Shown: positions 17,921-27,730, counted from the first letter of the stretch. The stretch: 64,000 nt of DNA from a bacterium (GCA_003242735.2 QGVH02000005.1:17055-81054); one strand, 5' to 3'. The notes: generated by a model not told the origin, from the letters alone. Program-made: numbers and translations.

Positions 17921-19387
17921 ATGCGGCCCCTCGCTCCATCACCCGGCGACGTCCCGCGTCGCCCGCTCCGCATCCTGACCCTGATCGCGGCGCTCCTGCC
18001 GCTCGCTGCCGAGGCGCACGGGCAGCCACGGGCGGATCTCGCCGCGCGCGTGGACAGCCTGTTCGCCGAGTGGGACCGACCGGGCTCGCCCGGCTGCGCC
18101 CTCGGCGTCGTACAGGATGGCCGCCTCGTCTACGCCCGCGGGTACGGGTACGCCAACCTCGATCACGACGTCCCGATCTCGCCGAAAACGGTCTTCTACA
18201 TCGCGTCCGTCTCCAAGCAGTTCACCGCAGCGAGCATCGTGTTGCTCGCCCAGCAGGGCGCGCTCTCGCTCGACGACGACGTGCGCACCTACATCCCGGA
18301 GCTTCCCGACTACGGCGCGCCGATCACGATCCGGCACCTGATCCACCACACCAGCGGGCTGCGCGACTACCTCACACTGATGCTGCTCGCCGGGATGCGA
18401 CTCGAGGATGTGCACACGGACGAAGAGGTCCTCGACCTGGTGACCCGCCAGGAGGCGCTCAACTTCACGCCCGGCGAGCGCCACCTCTACAGCAATACGG
18501 GCTACCTGCTGATGGCGGAGATCGTACGCCGCGTCTCGGGCAAATCGCTGCGAGAATTCGCCGACGAGCACATCTTCCGCCCGCTCGGCATGACCAGCAC
18601 CCACTTCCACGACGACCGGACCATGGTCGTCCGCAACCGAGCGATGGCGTACGCGCGGAACGAGGACGGCTCCTACCGCCTCGATATGTGGACGAACTTC
18701 GACAAGGTCGGCTCCGGTGGCCTGCTGAGCAGCGTCGAGGACCTGGCGCTCTGGGACCTGAACGCCGAGCACCACACGGTCGGCGGCGCCGCGCTGCGCG
18801 AACAGATGCTCGAGCGTGGCGTGCTGAACAACGGTGACACGCTCGACTACGCGTTCGGTCTCGTTCTCGGTGAGTACCGGGGCCTCCGCACGGTGAGCCA
18901 CAGCGGCGGCTCAATGGGGTTCCGGGCCCACCATTTGCGCTTCCCGGACGAACGCTTCGCCGTGATCTGCCTGTGCAACCTCGGCTCCATCGACGCGGCC
19001 GGCCTCGCGCGCCGCGTCGCGGACATCTACCTCGAAGACCGCTTCCCCGAGCCGCCGCAGGCGACCCGCGCGTCCGGGCCGGCCCCCCGCGCCGGCGATG
19101 CCGCCTCCCCGTTCCCGGCGCCGGCCGAGGCAGCGCTGGCGGAGTTCGCCGGCCGGTACCACAGCGATGAGTTGCGCGTCACCTACACGCTCGCGGTGGA
19201 GCGGGGTCGCCTGGTCCTCCACGGCCGGAACGCCCCGCCCGCCACGCTCCAGGCCATCGGTCCCGACCGCTTCCGGGCCGATGGCGTGGCGCTGCGCTTC
19301 GTGCGCCACGACTCCCGCAACATCACAGGATTCGTGCTGGACGCCGGCCGCGTGCTCGGCCTGCGGTTCCAGCGCGTACCGGAGTGA
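17921..19387 (+). CDS. serine hydrolase of the class-C beta-lactamase/penicillin-binding family
   Basis: Internal ATG of ORF 17654..19387. Signal peptide. SVSKQF (SxxK) and YSNTGY (YxN). Confidence 0.88.
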   Translation: MRPLAPSPGDVPRRPLRILTLIAALLPLAAEAHGQPRADLAARVDSLFAEWDRPGSPGCALGVVQDGRLVYARGYGYANLDHDVPISPKTVFYIASVSKQFTAASIVLLAQQGALSLDDDVRTYIPELPDYGAPITIRHLIHHTSGLRDYLTLMLLAGMRLEDVHTDEEVLDLVTRQEALNFTPGERHLYSNTGYLLMAEIVRRVSGKSLREFADEHIFRPLGMTSTHFHDDRTMVVRNRAMAYARNEDGSYRLDMWTNFDKVGSGGLLSSVEDLALWDLNAEHHTVGGAALREQMLERGVLNNGDTLDYAFGLVLGEYRGLRTVSHSGGSMGFRAHHLRFPDERFAVICLCNLGSIDAAGLARRVADIYLEDRFPEPPQATRASGPAPRAGDAASPFPAPAEAALAEFAGRYHSDELRVTYTLAVERGRLVLHGRNAPPATLQAIGPDRFRADGVALRFVRHDSRNITGFVLDAGRVLGLRFQRVPE

Positions 19388-19400
19388 GGTGAGCCGCGGA

Positions 19401-19973
19401 ATGGCACCGCTCCCGCGCATCCGCATCGAGGTGCCGGCCTGGGCCTCGGAACTCGTGGACTGGGACCGCGCCTACACGTCGGACGAGGAACGGATGGACC
19501 TCGCCATCGCGCTCGCCCGCGAGAACGTCCTGCGCGAGGGCGGCGGGCCGTTCGGCGCGGCGGTCTTCGAGGCGGACTCGGGCCGCCCGGTCGGTGTGGG
19601 GGTGAACCTGGTGATGGCGCTGAACAACAGCGTGCTGCACGCGGAGACCGTCGCCCTCATGCTGGCTCAGCAACGACTCGGATCCTACACACTCCGCGCC
19701 CCGGGCATGCCGGCCCACGAGCTGGTGGCCTCCTGCGACCCGTGCGCCATGTGCCTCGGCGCCACGCTGTGGAGCGGCGTGACGCGGCTGGTGTGTGGCG
19801 CCGCACGGGAAGACGCCGTCGCCATCGGCTTCGACGAAGGGCCGGTCTTCCCCGCCTCCTACGAGTACCTGGAGGAGCGCGGCATCGCCATCACGCGTGG
19901 CGTGCGCCGCGCCGAGGCCCGCGCCGTACTCGAGCTCTATCGCGACCGCGGCGGCATCGTCTACAACGCCTGA
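19401..19973 (+). CDS. CMP/dCMP-type zinc deaminase (nucleoside or guanine deaminase-like)
   Basis: Zinc-binding motifs HAE and PCAMC. Internal ATG of ORF 19098..19973. Confidence 0.85.
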   Translation: MAPLPRIRIEVPAWASELVDWDRAYTSDEERMDLAIALARENVLREGGGPFGAAVFEADSGRPVGVGVNLVMALNNSVLHAETVALMLAQQRLGSYTLRAPGMPAHELVASCDPCAMCLGATLWSGVTRLVCGAAREDAVAIGFDEGPVFPASYEYLEERGIAITRGVRRAEARAVLELYRDRGGIVYNA

Positions 19974-20041
19974 TTCGCCGAGGGCGCTCGATCCAGCGAG
20001 ACGACAAAGAGGCCGCCCGACACCGGCCGGGCGGCGCTCCA

Positions 20042-20596
20042 TCACTGCCAGGAGACCCGGTACCTGCAGTACGGACCGCCCCTGGCGCGGCACGTCTCTT
20101 CGACCACCTGCACGCCCTGCGCGCCGCACATCTCGAGCGCGCGCCGATACCAGCCGATCACGGTGAGGCAATCGGGCTCGCTGAACGTCTCGGCGTCGTA
20201 CGTGGTGAGCACGCCCTCCCGTTCACCCGTCTGCTGGTACTCGCGCCGCCCGGTCTCATAGTACAGCTCGTAGATCTGCGGCGCTTTCCGCAGGAAGGCG
20301 TGCGGGTCCCCCGGCGTCAGGAAGGACTTGTGCAGCGTCGCCAGATTCTTCTCCGCCGATGCCTCGCCCAGCCGCTCGAAGAACTCGGGGTCGCCGCCGC
20401 CCACGACCCGCACGATCGCTTCATCCAGGCGCCGGCCCAGCTCGAACGGGTACCAGCGCACGGTCAGCAGCATGCGCAGCGCACGCTGGTCCTCTTCGTC
20501 GAGACTCCTCAGCACCTGCTCCAGGGCCGCTTTGCCGAAGTGCTGCTCGACGAACGCCAGGCGGGCGATCAACACGGTGCCCTTGATCTGTTGCAT
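20042..20596 (-). CDS. hypothetical protein (184 aa)
   Basis: C-terminal part of ORF 20042..21571 starting at MQQIKGTVLIARLAFVEQHFG. Ordinary composition. I do not recognise the family with certainty. Confidence 0.65.
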   Translation of the reverse strand: MQQIKGTVLIARLAFVEQHFGKAALEQVLRSLDEEDQRALRMLLTVRWYPFELGRRLDEAIVRVVGGGDPEFFERLGEASAEKNLATLHKSFLTPGDPHAFLRKAPQIYELYYETGRREYQQTGEREGVLTTYDAETFSEPDCLTVIGWYRRALEMCGAQGVQVVEETCRARGGPYCRYRVSWQ

Positions 20597-20936
20597 CACC
20601 GGCCTCCCCGGGGCGTGCCGCACGCGCACCACGGCCAGGCGGGGCGAAGCGAAACGCCCTCGATGTGCCCAACAGCGGCGATGGACATGATGTGCACGGG
20701 AACGGAAAAGGGTGGAGCGCTCTCGCCCAAAATGAGCGGACTCGCGGGCCGAGGCAAGGATGGGGGCCGGACTCCGCCAGGCGCCGACCCCGCGCCACGG
20801 CCATAGCCATGGCGACAGGGAAGCGCGGCAACGCACGCAGGCGCCGGTCCGCCCCGAACCGCGCCCTGCGCGGAAGAGCAGCGGGCACAGATGGTGCACC
20901 GTTGGGACCGCGGAACACGATCCCGGAGGCGAGCCC

Positions 20937-21965
20937 ATGGACTCCCGCCACGGCAGGCCCGCCCGTGTACCCGACCCGATGTTCTTCGCCAGCCACCAGC
21001 TCCGCCGCCGCCTGCGCAGCCACCGGCGGCTGCCGCAGGCGTTGCGTGCGGCGCAGGGTGGGTGCGCCATGGGCCGTCTGCCGTACGACGGCGGCGAGCC
21101 GGCCTCGCCGTCCGGGCGCCCCCCCGTCCGCGCCCGCCGCGACACCGCACTGCCGTTCGACCGCCGGGCGCCGTGGAGCGGCGGGCCCTGGCCACGACTC
21201 TTCGACGCCGCAGAGCCCAGCGGCGAGCGGCGGAGCGGCGTCGAACGCAGGTCTGGGAAAGACCGGCGCAGCGGGCCGTTCCCCGGTGGACGCCGCGCCA
21301 CGGACCGCCAGCCCCCCGACGCCGCCGCCCCCGGCTGGCGCAGCCGGGCACGCGAGTTCGTCCGCCGGTTCCGCGACCCGCTCATCGGCCTGACCATTGC
21401 GGGCGCGGCCGCGCCGCTCGCGACCGCCACGACCACGGCGCCCAAGGCCAAACAACCCCGGCCCGAGCGGCGCGCCGCTGTCGCCGGACGCCGAGCCGAA
21501 CCGGGCGAGGGCGTCGAGACGGCGCGCGTGCCGAGCGATGCGGCGCGCAACGCCGCCGTCGAACGGGCCATGGAACGCTACGACATCCCGCGCGACCTCG
21601 CCGAGGACATCTACGACCACGCCGTCGAGGCGGGCATCGACCCCAAGATCGCCTTCGGCCTCGTCAAGACGGAGAGCAACTTCGACCACCGCGCCGTCAG
21701 CCACGTCGGCGCCCGCGGCCTCACACAGCTCATGCCGCAAACCGCCCGCTGGCTCATGCCGGGCATCACCAACGAGGACCTCTTCGACCGCGAGATCAAC
21801 CTGCGCCTCGGCTTCAACTACCTGCGCGACCTCATCGACCAGTACGACGGCGACGTGCGCCTCGCGTTGCTCGCCTACAACCGCGGCCCGGGAACCGTGA
21901 ACCGCGTCCTCGCGCGGGGCGGCGACCCGAACAACGGTTACGCCGACATGGTCCTCTCCGGCTGA
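20937..21965 (+). CDS. lytic transglycosylase (SLT domain) with Arg-rich N-terminal region
   Basis: SLT motifs ESNFDHRAVSHVGARGLTQLMP and AYNRGPG. Start ATG 20937 after GGAGG. The N-terminal half contains three (E/D)RRSG repeats and one hydrophobic segment. Confidence 0.8.
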   Translation: MDSRHGRPARVPDPMFFASHQLRRRLRSHRRLPQALRAAQGGCAMGRLPYDGGEPASPSGRPPVRARRDTALPFDRRAPWSGGPWPRLFDAAEPSGERRSGVERRSGKDRRSGPFPGGRRATDRQPPDAAAPGWRSRAREFVRRFRDPLIGLTIAGAAAPLATATTTAPKAKQPRPERRAAVAGRRAEPGEGVETARVPSDAARNAAVERAMERYDIPRDLAEDIYDHAVEAGIDPKIAFGLVKTESNFDHRAVSHVGARGLTQLMPQTARWLMPGITNEDLFDREINLRLGFNYLRDLIDQYDGDVRLALLAYNRGPGTVNRVLARGGDPNNGYADMVLSG

Positions 21966-22103
21966 CACGGCCTGCTGCTCCCCCACGCGCCTGCCCCCGA
22001 GCCGGCAACCGCTCTCCCTCGACGCGTGGACCCCGGGCCACGCGCCCGGGGTAGCCGCACCGGACGCACACGACCACTCGAACCTTTCTCGGACGAGGGA
22101 GCG

Positions 22104-23147
22104 ATGCGCCCGAGTCTCGCGGCCGGCTCGTTGCTGCTGCTCTTCGCCTCCGCCGCGCACGGCCAGACCATCGACACCCTCGCCCTGCGCGCGCACACCT
22201 ACTTCCTCGCCCACGACCTGCTCGGCGGGCGGGGCACCGCTTCGCACGGCGAGCGGCTCGCCGCGCTCTACATCGTCAGCGAGCTGCGGCGCATGGGTAT
22301 CGAAGGCGCCGGGCCCGGCGGCGAGTACCTCCAGCCCGTCCCTCTGCGCCGCGTACGCACGAACGACGGCGCGGCCTACTTCGTGCTGCGCACGGACGGC
22401 TCCAGCGCGGACGGCCCACCCGGGGCGCCGGTCGGGGAGGACGTCGTCGGCTACAACATCGCGGCGCTCGTGCCCGGCAGCGACCCCGCACGCCGCCACG
22501 AGGTCGTCGCCTTCACCGCACACTACGACCACCTCGGCATCGGCACGCCCGACGAGAACGGCGACTCGATCTTCAACGGCTTCTCGGACAACGCGGCCGG
22601 CGTCGCCATGCTGCTCGCGATCGCGGACGCCGTCAGGAAGGACCCGCCCGCCCGCTCCACCCTCTTCCTCTTCTTCACGGGCGAGGAGCAGGGGCTGCTG
22701 GGGTCCACGCACTACGTCTCCGCGCCGCTCGTCCCCCTCGAGCGCACCATCGCGGTCATCAACCTCGACGGCGGCGCGCCACCCGCCCCGCCCATCGTCT
22801 GGCGCGTTTCCGGCGGCGCCCAGTCCTCACTGGGCGAAGACGCAGCGCGCATCGCACAGGCGCGCGGCTGGACCACGCAACTCGAGCGGGCGCGCCCCAA
22901 CTCCGACCACTGGCCGTTCCTTCAGAACGGCGTCCCCGCCGCATTCATCATCCCCGGGCGCGACTGGGAGGGGCTCTCACCGGAAGAAGAACAGCAGCTC
23001 TTCGAGCGCTGGGACCGCTACCACCAGCCCGGCGACGAGTGGCAGCCCGACTTCCCCTGGGCCGGCCTCCAACGCTACGCCGAGTTCGGCCTCGCCCTGG
23101 GCCGCCACGTCGCCAACGCCGCCGGACGGCCGACCCTCACACCCTGA
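22104..23147 (+). CDS. M28-family aminopeptidase
   Basis: Signal peptide LLLLFASAAHG. Metal-ligand motifs AHYDHLG, FFTGEEQGLLGS and YHQPGD. Confidence 0.88.
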   Translation: MRPSLAAGSLLLLFASAAHGQTIDTLALRAHTYFLAHDLLGGRGTASHGERLAALYIVSELRRMGIEGAGPGGEYLQPVPLRRVRTNDGAAYFVLRTDGSSADGPPGAPVGEDVVGYNIAALVPGSDPARRHEVVAFTAHYDHLGIGTPDENGDSIFNGFSDNAAGVAMLLAIADAVRKDPPARSTLFLFFTGEEQGLLGSTHYVSAPLVPLERTIAVINLDGGAPPAPPIVWRVSGGAQSSLGEDAARIAQARGWTTQLERARPNSDHWPFLQNGVPAAFIIPGRDWEGLSPEEEQQLFERWDRYHQPGDEWQPDFPWAGLQRYAEFGLALGRHVANAAGRPTLTP

Positions 23148-23150
23148 ACG

Positions 23151-23189
23151 AAAAAAGACGGACGCGCACGCCGACCGTGCACGTCCGTC
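23151..23189 (-). terminator. intrinsic terminator of osmC
   Basis: Hairpin GACGGACG/CGTCCGTC. On the minus strand it is followed by TTTTTT (plus-strand A6 at 23151-23156). Confidence 0.6.
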
Positions 23190-23211
23190 TCCCTCACCCC
23201 GGAGAGCGGGG

Positions 23212-23643
23212 TCAGGAGATCAGACTCACTTCCGTCAGCTGGATCTCCGCCCCCGCAAACAGCTTCGACACCGGACAATTCTGCTTCGCCGCCTCGGCGT
23301 ACTCGCGGAACGTCGCCTCGTCGATCCCCGGAACCCGCCCCTGCGTCGCCAGCTCGACCCGCGTGATCGCGAAACCGTCCCCCGCCTTCTCCAGGTGCAC
23401 CTTGGCCGTCGTCTCGATCCGCTCCGGTTGGAGCCCGGCACGCGACAGCCCCGCCGAGAGCGCCATCGAGAAGCAACCCGCGTGCGCCGCCGCGAGCAGC
23501 TCCTCCGGGTTCGTGCCCTGCCCTTCCTCGAAGCGCGACGCGAACGAGTACGGCCCCTCGTACGCCCCGCTCTGCATCCGCATCTTGCCCTGCCCCTCCC
23601 TCAACGTCCCCGACCACTCCGCCGTCGCAGACCGTACCGGCAT
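23212..23643 (-). CDS. osmC: OsmC-family peroxiredoxin
   Basis: Internal ATG of ORF 23212..23745 after GGGGAGGAG. The sequence MPVRSATAEWSGTL...NPEELLAAAHAGCFSMAL...NCPVSK is typical of OsmC, with two conserved Cys. Confidence 0.92.
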   Translation of the reverse strand: MPVRSATAEWSGTLREGQGKMRMQSGAYEGPYSFASRFEEGQGTNPEELLAAAHAGCFSMALSAGLSRAGLQPERIETTAKVHLEKAGDGFAITRVELATQGRVPGIDEATFREYAEAAKQNCPVSKLFAGAEIQLTEVSLIS

Positions 23644-23832
23644 ACGCTCCTCCCCATGGTGTTCGCGTGAAACGTTCACGTGCACCAGCACGCGTACGGC
23701 ATACGAGAATGCGGGCCGGCGGCCCCGCCCGTCAAATCGCGGCACACCCGCACACGGGGGCGCCGCCCTCGTCGTCCACGCTCACGACGTGCACGGGACC
23801 GGAACGCACGGCCCGCGGCCACCCGGAACGAG

Positions 23833-23862
23833 AAAAAAAGCCGGCCCCCACACGGGACCGGC
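23833..23862 (-). terminator. intrinsic terminator of the ECF sigma gene
   Basis: Minus-strand hairpin (GCCGGTCCC/GGGGGCCGGC with one mismatch) followed by TTTTTTT. A T7 run is exceptional in this GC-rich DNA. Confidence 0.65.
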
Positions 23863-23890
23863 CCCGGTTTCGCCTCTCCCTCGACCGCCC

Positions 23891-24535
23891 TCAGTTCAGC
23901 AGCGGCTCGATCCGCTCGGCGAAGCTCGTGCGCGCCCGGTGCAACCGGCTCTTCACCGTCCCCAGGTTCACGCCCGTGATCTCCGCGATCTCCTCGTAGC
24001 TCTTGCCCTCCAGCTCCCGCAGCTTGAACACCAGACGGTGGTGCTCCGGCAGCTCCTCGACCGTCTTCTCGACGATCTCCTGGAGGTACCGCTTCCGGTA
24101 CAGACTGTCGGGTCGCAACGAGGAGTCCTCGAACTGGAGCGGCCGATGCTCAGGCTCCCAGTGCGTCGTCAGCTTCTGGAACAACACCAGCGGGTTCCGC
24201 GAGCGGTTCCGAAGCTCGTTCTTCGCCAGGTTCGAGCAGATCGTGTAGATCCAGGTCGAGAACTTCTTCGACTGGTCGAACCGGTGCAGGTGCCGCGTCA
24301 CCCGGATGAACGCCTCCTGCACCAGGTCCTCCGCCCGATCGCGATCACCCGTCTTCCGCGCAATGAACTGGACCAGCTTGTCACGGTAGCGGTCATACAG
24401 CTCCGTGAACGCGCCCGGGTGACCGCCCAGGTGCGCAGCCACCAGCTCGCCGTCCGTCGCCTCCGCCAGCTTGAGCTCCGGCACCTCGACGTGCTGCGGC
24501 GCCCGCCGCTTCCGCTTCACGGTCGTCGTGGCCAT
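23891..24535 (-). CDS. ECF-type RNA polymerase sigma-70 family factor
   Basis: Region 2 (DLVQEAFIRV, FSTWIYTICSN) and region 4 (SYEEIAEITGVNLGTVKSRLHRAR). Start MATTTVKRK after GAAAGGAGA. Confidence 0.92.
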   Translation of the reverse strand: MATTTVKRKRRAPQHVEVPELKLAEATDGELVAAHLGGHPGAFTELYDRYRDKLVQFIARKTGDRDRAEDLVQEAFIRVTRHLHRFDQSKKFSTWIYTICSNLAKNELRNRSRNPLVLFQKLTTHWEPEHRPLQFEDSSLRPDSLYRKRYLQEIVEKTVEELPEHHRLVFKLRELEGKSYEEIAEITGVNLGTVKSRLHRARTSFAERIEPLLN

Positions 24536-24713
24536 TGATCTCCTTTCGGAAAGGCACGGGGGCCCCCGAACCGCGCCGGGAGCCCCCCCGCCGGCCGCCG
24601 AGTTACGGCCCAAATGATCGAATCAGGGTCGTAGACCACCCTGCTCGGTCCTTTTCCTGTGCCCCCTAACATACACAAAACGGGCTCTCGGCTCAAGGGG
24701 TCCGGGCGCCCGG

Positions 24714-24740
24714 ATTCGGGCCTTTCCAACAGATGTTTCA
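24714..24740 (-). promoter_or_regulatory. candidate ECF-type promoter TGAAAC-N16-CGAAT upstream of the ECF sigma gene
   Basis: Read on the minus strand in the AT-richer patch just after the amidohydrolase stop. It resembles the generic ECF AAC / CGT architecture. Its distance to the start codon is about 170 nt. Confidence 0.3.
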
Positions 24741-24750
24741 ACGCCGTATC

Positions 24751-25872
24751 TTATTGTACGAACGCAACTTGGACCTCGTGTCCAGCCCGCTTGTACACCA
24801 CGCCGCCCTTCATCACGAACGCCACCCGGCGCAGCAGCGAGACGTCCGCCAGCGGGTCGCCCCGCACCGCCACGATGTCCGCGTCGTGGCCCGGCGCGAT
24901 GCGGCCCAGCTCGGCCTCCCGCCCCAGGAGTCGGGCGGCGTCCACGGTGGCGCTCCGGATCGCCTGGGCGGGGGTCATCCCGCCCCGGACCATGAGGACG
25001 AACTCCTCGGCGTTCTCGCCGTGGGGGAAGACGCCGGCGTCGGTGCCGAAGGCGATGTCGACGCCGGCGCGGACGGCGGCTTTGATCCCCTCGGTGCCAT
25101 GGGCGTGCGCGGCGACCTTCCGGCCCGCCATGGAGGCCGCGCGGACGATCGCCCGCATCTCTTCCTCGGTGAGCTGCTGGGCGCCGACGGCGTCGCCGGC
25201 CGAGAGCACGCCCCCGGTCGCGCAGATCTTGATGACGTCGGCGCCGTACTTGATCTGGTGCCGGACCGCGGCCATCGCCTCGTCCACGCCGTTGGCGATC
25301 CCCTGCTCGACGCCGCGGCGCGGGTAGCGGTCCGGGCGGTAGCCGTTGGTGTCGCAGTGCCCGCCGGTGCTGCCGATGGCGAAGCCGGCCGCGACGATGC
25401 GCGGGCCTGGCACCAGGCCGTTTTCGATCGCGTCGCGGAGCGCGATGTCGGCCCACTCGTCGGAGCCGACGTTGCGGACGGTGGTGAAGCCGGCCAGCAG
25501 CGTGATGCGCGCGTTCTTGACGCCGACGATGGCGGCGTAGCCGGGCCACTCGTGCAGCCGGTGGTCGCGGTATCCGCCGCTGGGGTCGCCGTCCAGGTGG
25601 GTGTGGGTGTCGATGAGGCCGGGCAGCACGGTGTGCCCGGCCAGGTCGATCACCTCGGCGCCGCTCGGGATGTCCACGTCGGTACCCACCGCAGCGACGC
25701 GTTCGCCACGCACGAGGATGATCGCGTTGTCGGTGACCCGCCCCGTGGCGGGATCGAAGAGCCGGCCCGCGCGGATCGCGATGACGCGCTCGGCCGGGGC
25801 CTGCGCCTGCGCCGCGTGGGGCAGGGCGGCGGCTGCGACGAGGACGAAGGCGAGGGCGAGACGGGCGCGCAT
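24751..25872 (-). CDS. secreted metal-dependent amidohydrolase
   Basis: Signal peptide MRARLALAFVLVAAAALPHAAQA. Metal ligands DTHTHL, AAHAHG and GTDAGV. Start after GGAGG. Confidence 0.88.
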   Translation of the reverse strand: MRARLALAFVLVAAAALPHAAQAQAPAERVIAIRAGRLFDPATGRVTDNAIILVRGERVAAVGTDVDIPSGAEVIDLAGHTVLPGLIDTHTHLDGDPSGGYRDHRLHEWPGYAAIVGVKNARITLLAGFTTVRNVGSDEWADIALRDAIENGLVPGPRIVAAGFAIGSTGGHCDTNGYRPDRYPRRGVEQGIANGVDEAMAAVRHQIKYGADVIKICATGGVLSAGDAVGAQQLTEEEMRAIVRAASMAGRKVAAHAHGTEGIKAAVRAGVDIAFGTDAGVFPHGENAEEFVLMVRGGMTPAQAIRSATVDAARLLGREAELGRIAPGHDADIVAVRGDPLADVSLLRRVAFVMKGGVVYKRAGHEVQVAFVQ

Positions 25873-26011
25873 GCTGGTTGCCTCCGCTGGCGGCGGTCCC
25901 GGTCCCTGGTGTCGGCTCGCGGCGCCGAATCTACGGGCCGCAGGCCGGACCCGCCACCGTCGCGGGCGTGCGCGCCGCGCCCCGGCGCCGCGCGGCGGAT
26001 CGGCCGAGCGC

Positions 26012-26260
26012 CTACTCCCGCTCGACCCGCTCGATGAACTCCTCGGCGAGCTCCTCGAAGCGACGGCGCAGCCTGTCCGCATCCGCTGCCGCGCGCTCGG
26101 ATCCGCGCGCGTCCATGTACGCCGGCGGGTTGTCGCCCGCCGTCGCCTCGCCGAAGGAGTTGCCTGCGCGCCGCTGCCGGGCGCGCGCGGCCATCCAGCG
26201 GCGACCCGTCTTGTACATCTCCTCGAGCACCCACTCCGGCGGTCGCACCCGCGGTCTCAT
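26012..26260 (-). CDS. hypothetical small protein (82 aa)
   Basis: MRPRVRPPEWVLEEMYKTGRRW... preceded by GGGAGGTGG. C-terminal charged helix RLRRRFEELAEEFIERVERE. Confidence 0.5.
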   Translation of the reverse strand: MRPRVRPPEWVLEEMYKTGRRWMAARARQRRAGNSFGEATAGDNPPAYMDARGSERAAADADRLRRRFEELAEEFIERVERE

Positions 26261-26357
26261 GGACCACCTCCCGAGGCGTTGGGTCGTCAAAGCCCCGCCG
26301 ACGGCGGCGCCGTCGGCGGGGCCCCGATGCCATCTGCTTGCAGCGAGCGGGCCGCGG

Positions 26358-27245
26358 TCAGTCCGCGCTGCGCATGGTGCTCCCAGCAGGTCTGCCGCTG
26401 CGGCAGGCGAGCCTGCCGTTCTCCGGCGTGAACGTGAACCAGCGGCGGCGGCCGCCGTCGAGGGTCTGGTCAATGACCGGACTGCACAGCACCGTCGCCT
26501 GTCCATCCTTCACGACCAGCGCGGGCGAGTCGCCCACGCGGAGCACGAAGTCTCGCGTCGCCGCCGGGATGTCGAGCACGAGCTCGCTCACGCCGGCCAC
26601 CTCGAGCTCGAGCGCGCTGCTGCCGCGCTCCAGCACGCCGACCCCCGTGTCGCCCGCGACGCGGAACTCCCTCCCCTCCCAGCGCACGGCGATCCGCCGC
26701 AGCGTCCCCGCCTGCGGGATCCAGACCGTGCCGGGCGCCCGGAGCCGGGCGTAGGACACGTAGAGCCCTTCGTCCACGAAGCGGGCGGGCGAGACCCCGT
26801 CGGGCGGCGGCGGAGCCGGCGAGGGCCCGGGGGCCGGCGGCTCCGCGGCGCCGCGCCAGCTATACGTCGCCGCCTGGTCGAGCGAGCCGAAGACCTCGGC
26901 CACCGGCTGTTCCGGCAGTACGACGCGCACGCGCAGGTCGGACGGCACCACGACGAGGTACGTCACGCGCTGCGCGCCGACCGCCGTCAGCTTGAGCCGG
27001 TCACGGGCGTCGCCCGTGAGGCCGAAGCCGGCGATGCCGTCCGTCGTGCGGGCGGCCACCTCGATCAACCCGGGCTGGCCACGCACGAGGTGCAGTCTGC
27101 CGGGCGACTGCCCCACCACCTCGATCGTCAGGTCGTTGCCGATGAACGTGAACGTGCGCCGGGCGACCTCGTGCTCCTGCGCCGCGACCGGGGTCGCGAT
27201 CGCCAGCATCAGCGCGGCCGTCCAGCCCTTCCGCAGGAATCTCAT
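26358..27245 (-). CDS. hypothetical secreted protein (295 aa)
   Basis: MRFLRKGWTAALMLAIATPVAAQ signal peptide after GGAGGCAGCC. A beta-rich body with a Pro-rich linker (PPAPGPSPAPPPP). Two Cys near the C-terminus. Confidence 0.7.
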   Translation of the reverse strand: MRFLRKGWTAALMLAIATPVAAQEHEVARRTFTFIGNDLTIEVVGQSPGRLHLVRGQPGLIEVAARTTDGIAGFGLTGDARDRLKLTAVGAQRVTYLVVVPSDLRVRVVLPEQPVAEVFGSLDQAATYSWRGAAEPPAPGPSPAPPPPDGVSPARFVDEGLYVSYARLRAPGTVWIPQAGTLRRIAVRWEGREFRVAGDTGVGVLERGSSALELEVAGVSELVLDIPAATRDFVLRVGDSPALVVKDGQATVLCSPVIDQTLDGGRRRWFTFTPENGRLACRSGRPAGSTMRSAD

Positions 27246-27337
27246 GGCTGCCTCCGGGGTGAGCGTGCCAGGATCGCGGTCGAGCTTCCCTCGTATGGAT
27301 TGCTCCGGGATCGGGAGCCCCCGGCCGGGCGGTTCCT

Positions 27338-27373
27338 GCCACCGAGGCAGGAGCTGCTCCCTGCCTCGGTGGC
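27338..27373. repeat. 14-bp perfect inverted repeat GCCACCGAGGCAGG-(8 nt)-CCTGCCTCGGTGGC
   Basis: Read from the sequence. Lies about 95-130 nt upstream of the start of the minus-strand gene 26358..27245. Confidence 0.6.
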
Positions 27374-27730
27374 TGCATCGCACAACGCGGTCTTGCCCCG
27401 GCCGCCGGGTCCGGCCCCGACCCGGCTCGCCGCCGTGCGCCATCCGACGGCTGCGCGGCGCTTGCGGGGCGCAGCGCCGCACCGCCGTCGTCGCCGACAA
27501 ACTGTAGCAGCCCCGCCACGGCGCGTCTGCCCGGGCGGCCAGACGGCGTCAGCACGGCCGCAGCCCGCCGCCCCGGAGCACGACCGCCCCGGGCGGCCGG
27601 ACCCGTCCGGTCCGACGCCGGTCCCCGACCCTCCCGGCGCGGAGCCGTGGACCGCGGGGTCCACGGCGGGCGCGGGGAGTGCCGTCGTCGCTCCACTGCC
27701 GTTGGGGCTGCCTGCGCTTGTTAACACCGC

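Noticed and set aside
19402-19417. Other TGGCAC-containing sigma-54-like strings (19402 TGGCACCGCTCCCGC; 53378 TGGCACGTCTATGCG; 4838 CGGCACGTCATCAGC).
   Set aside because: They lie inside coding sequences, or have the wrong -24/-12 spacing or no GC at -12. The number found is compatible with chance at this base composition.
23667-23679. A near-palindrome GTGAAACGTTCAC immediately upstream of the osmC SD, which also contains a plus-strand TGAAAC.
   Set aside because: The repeat is imperfect (one extra base) and short. The plus-strand ECF-like reading has no gene downstream. I kept it only as a note.
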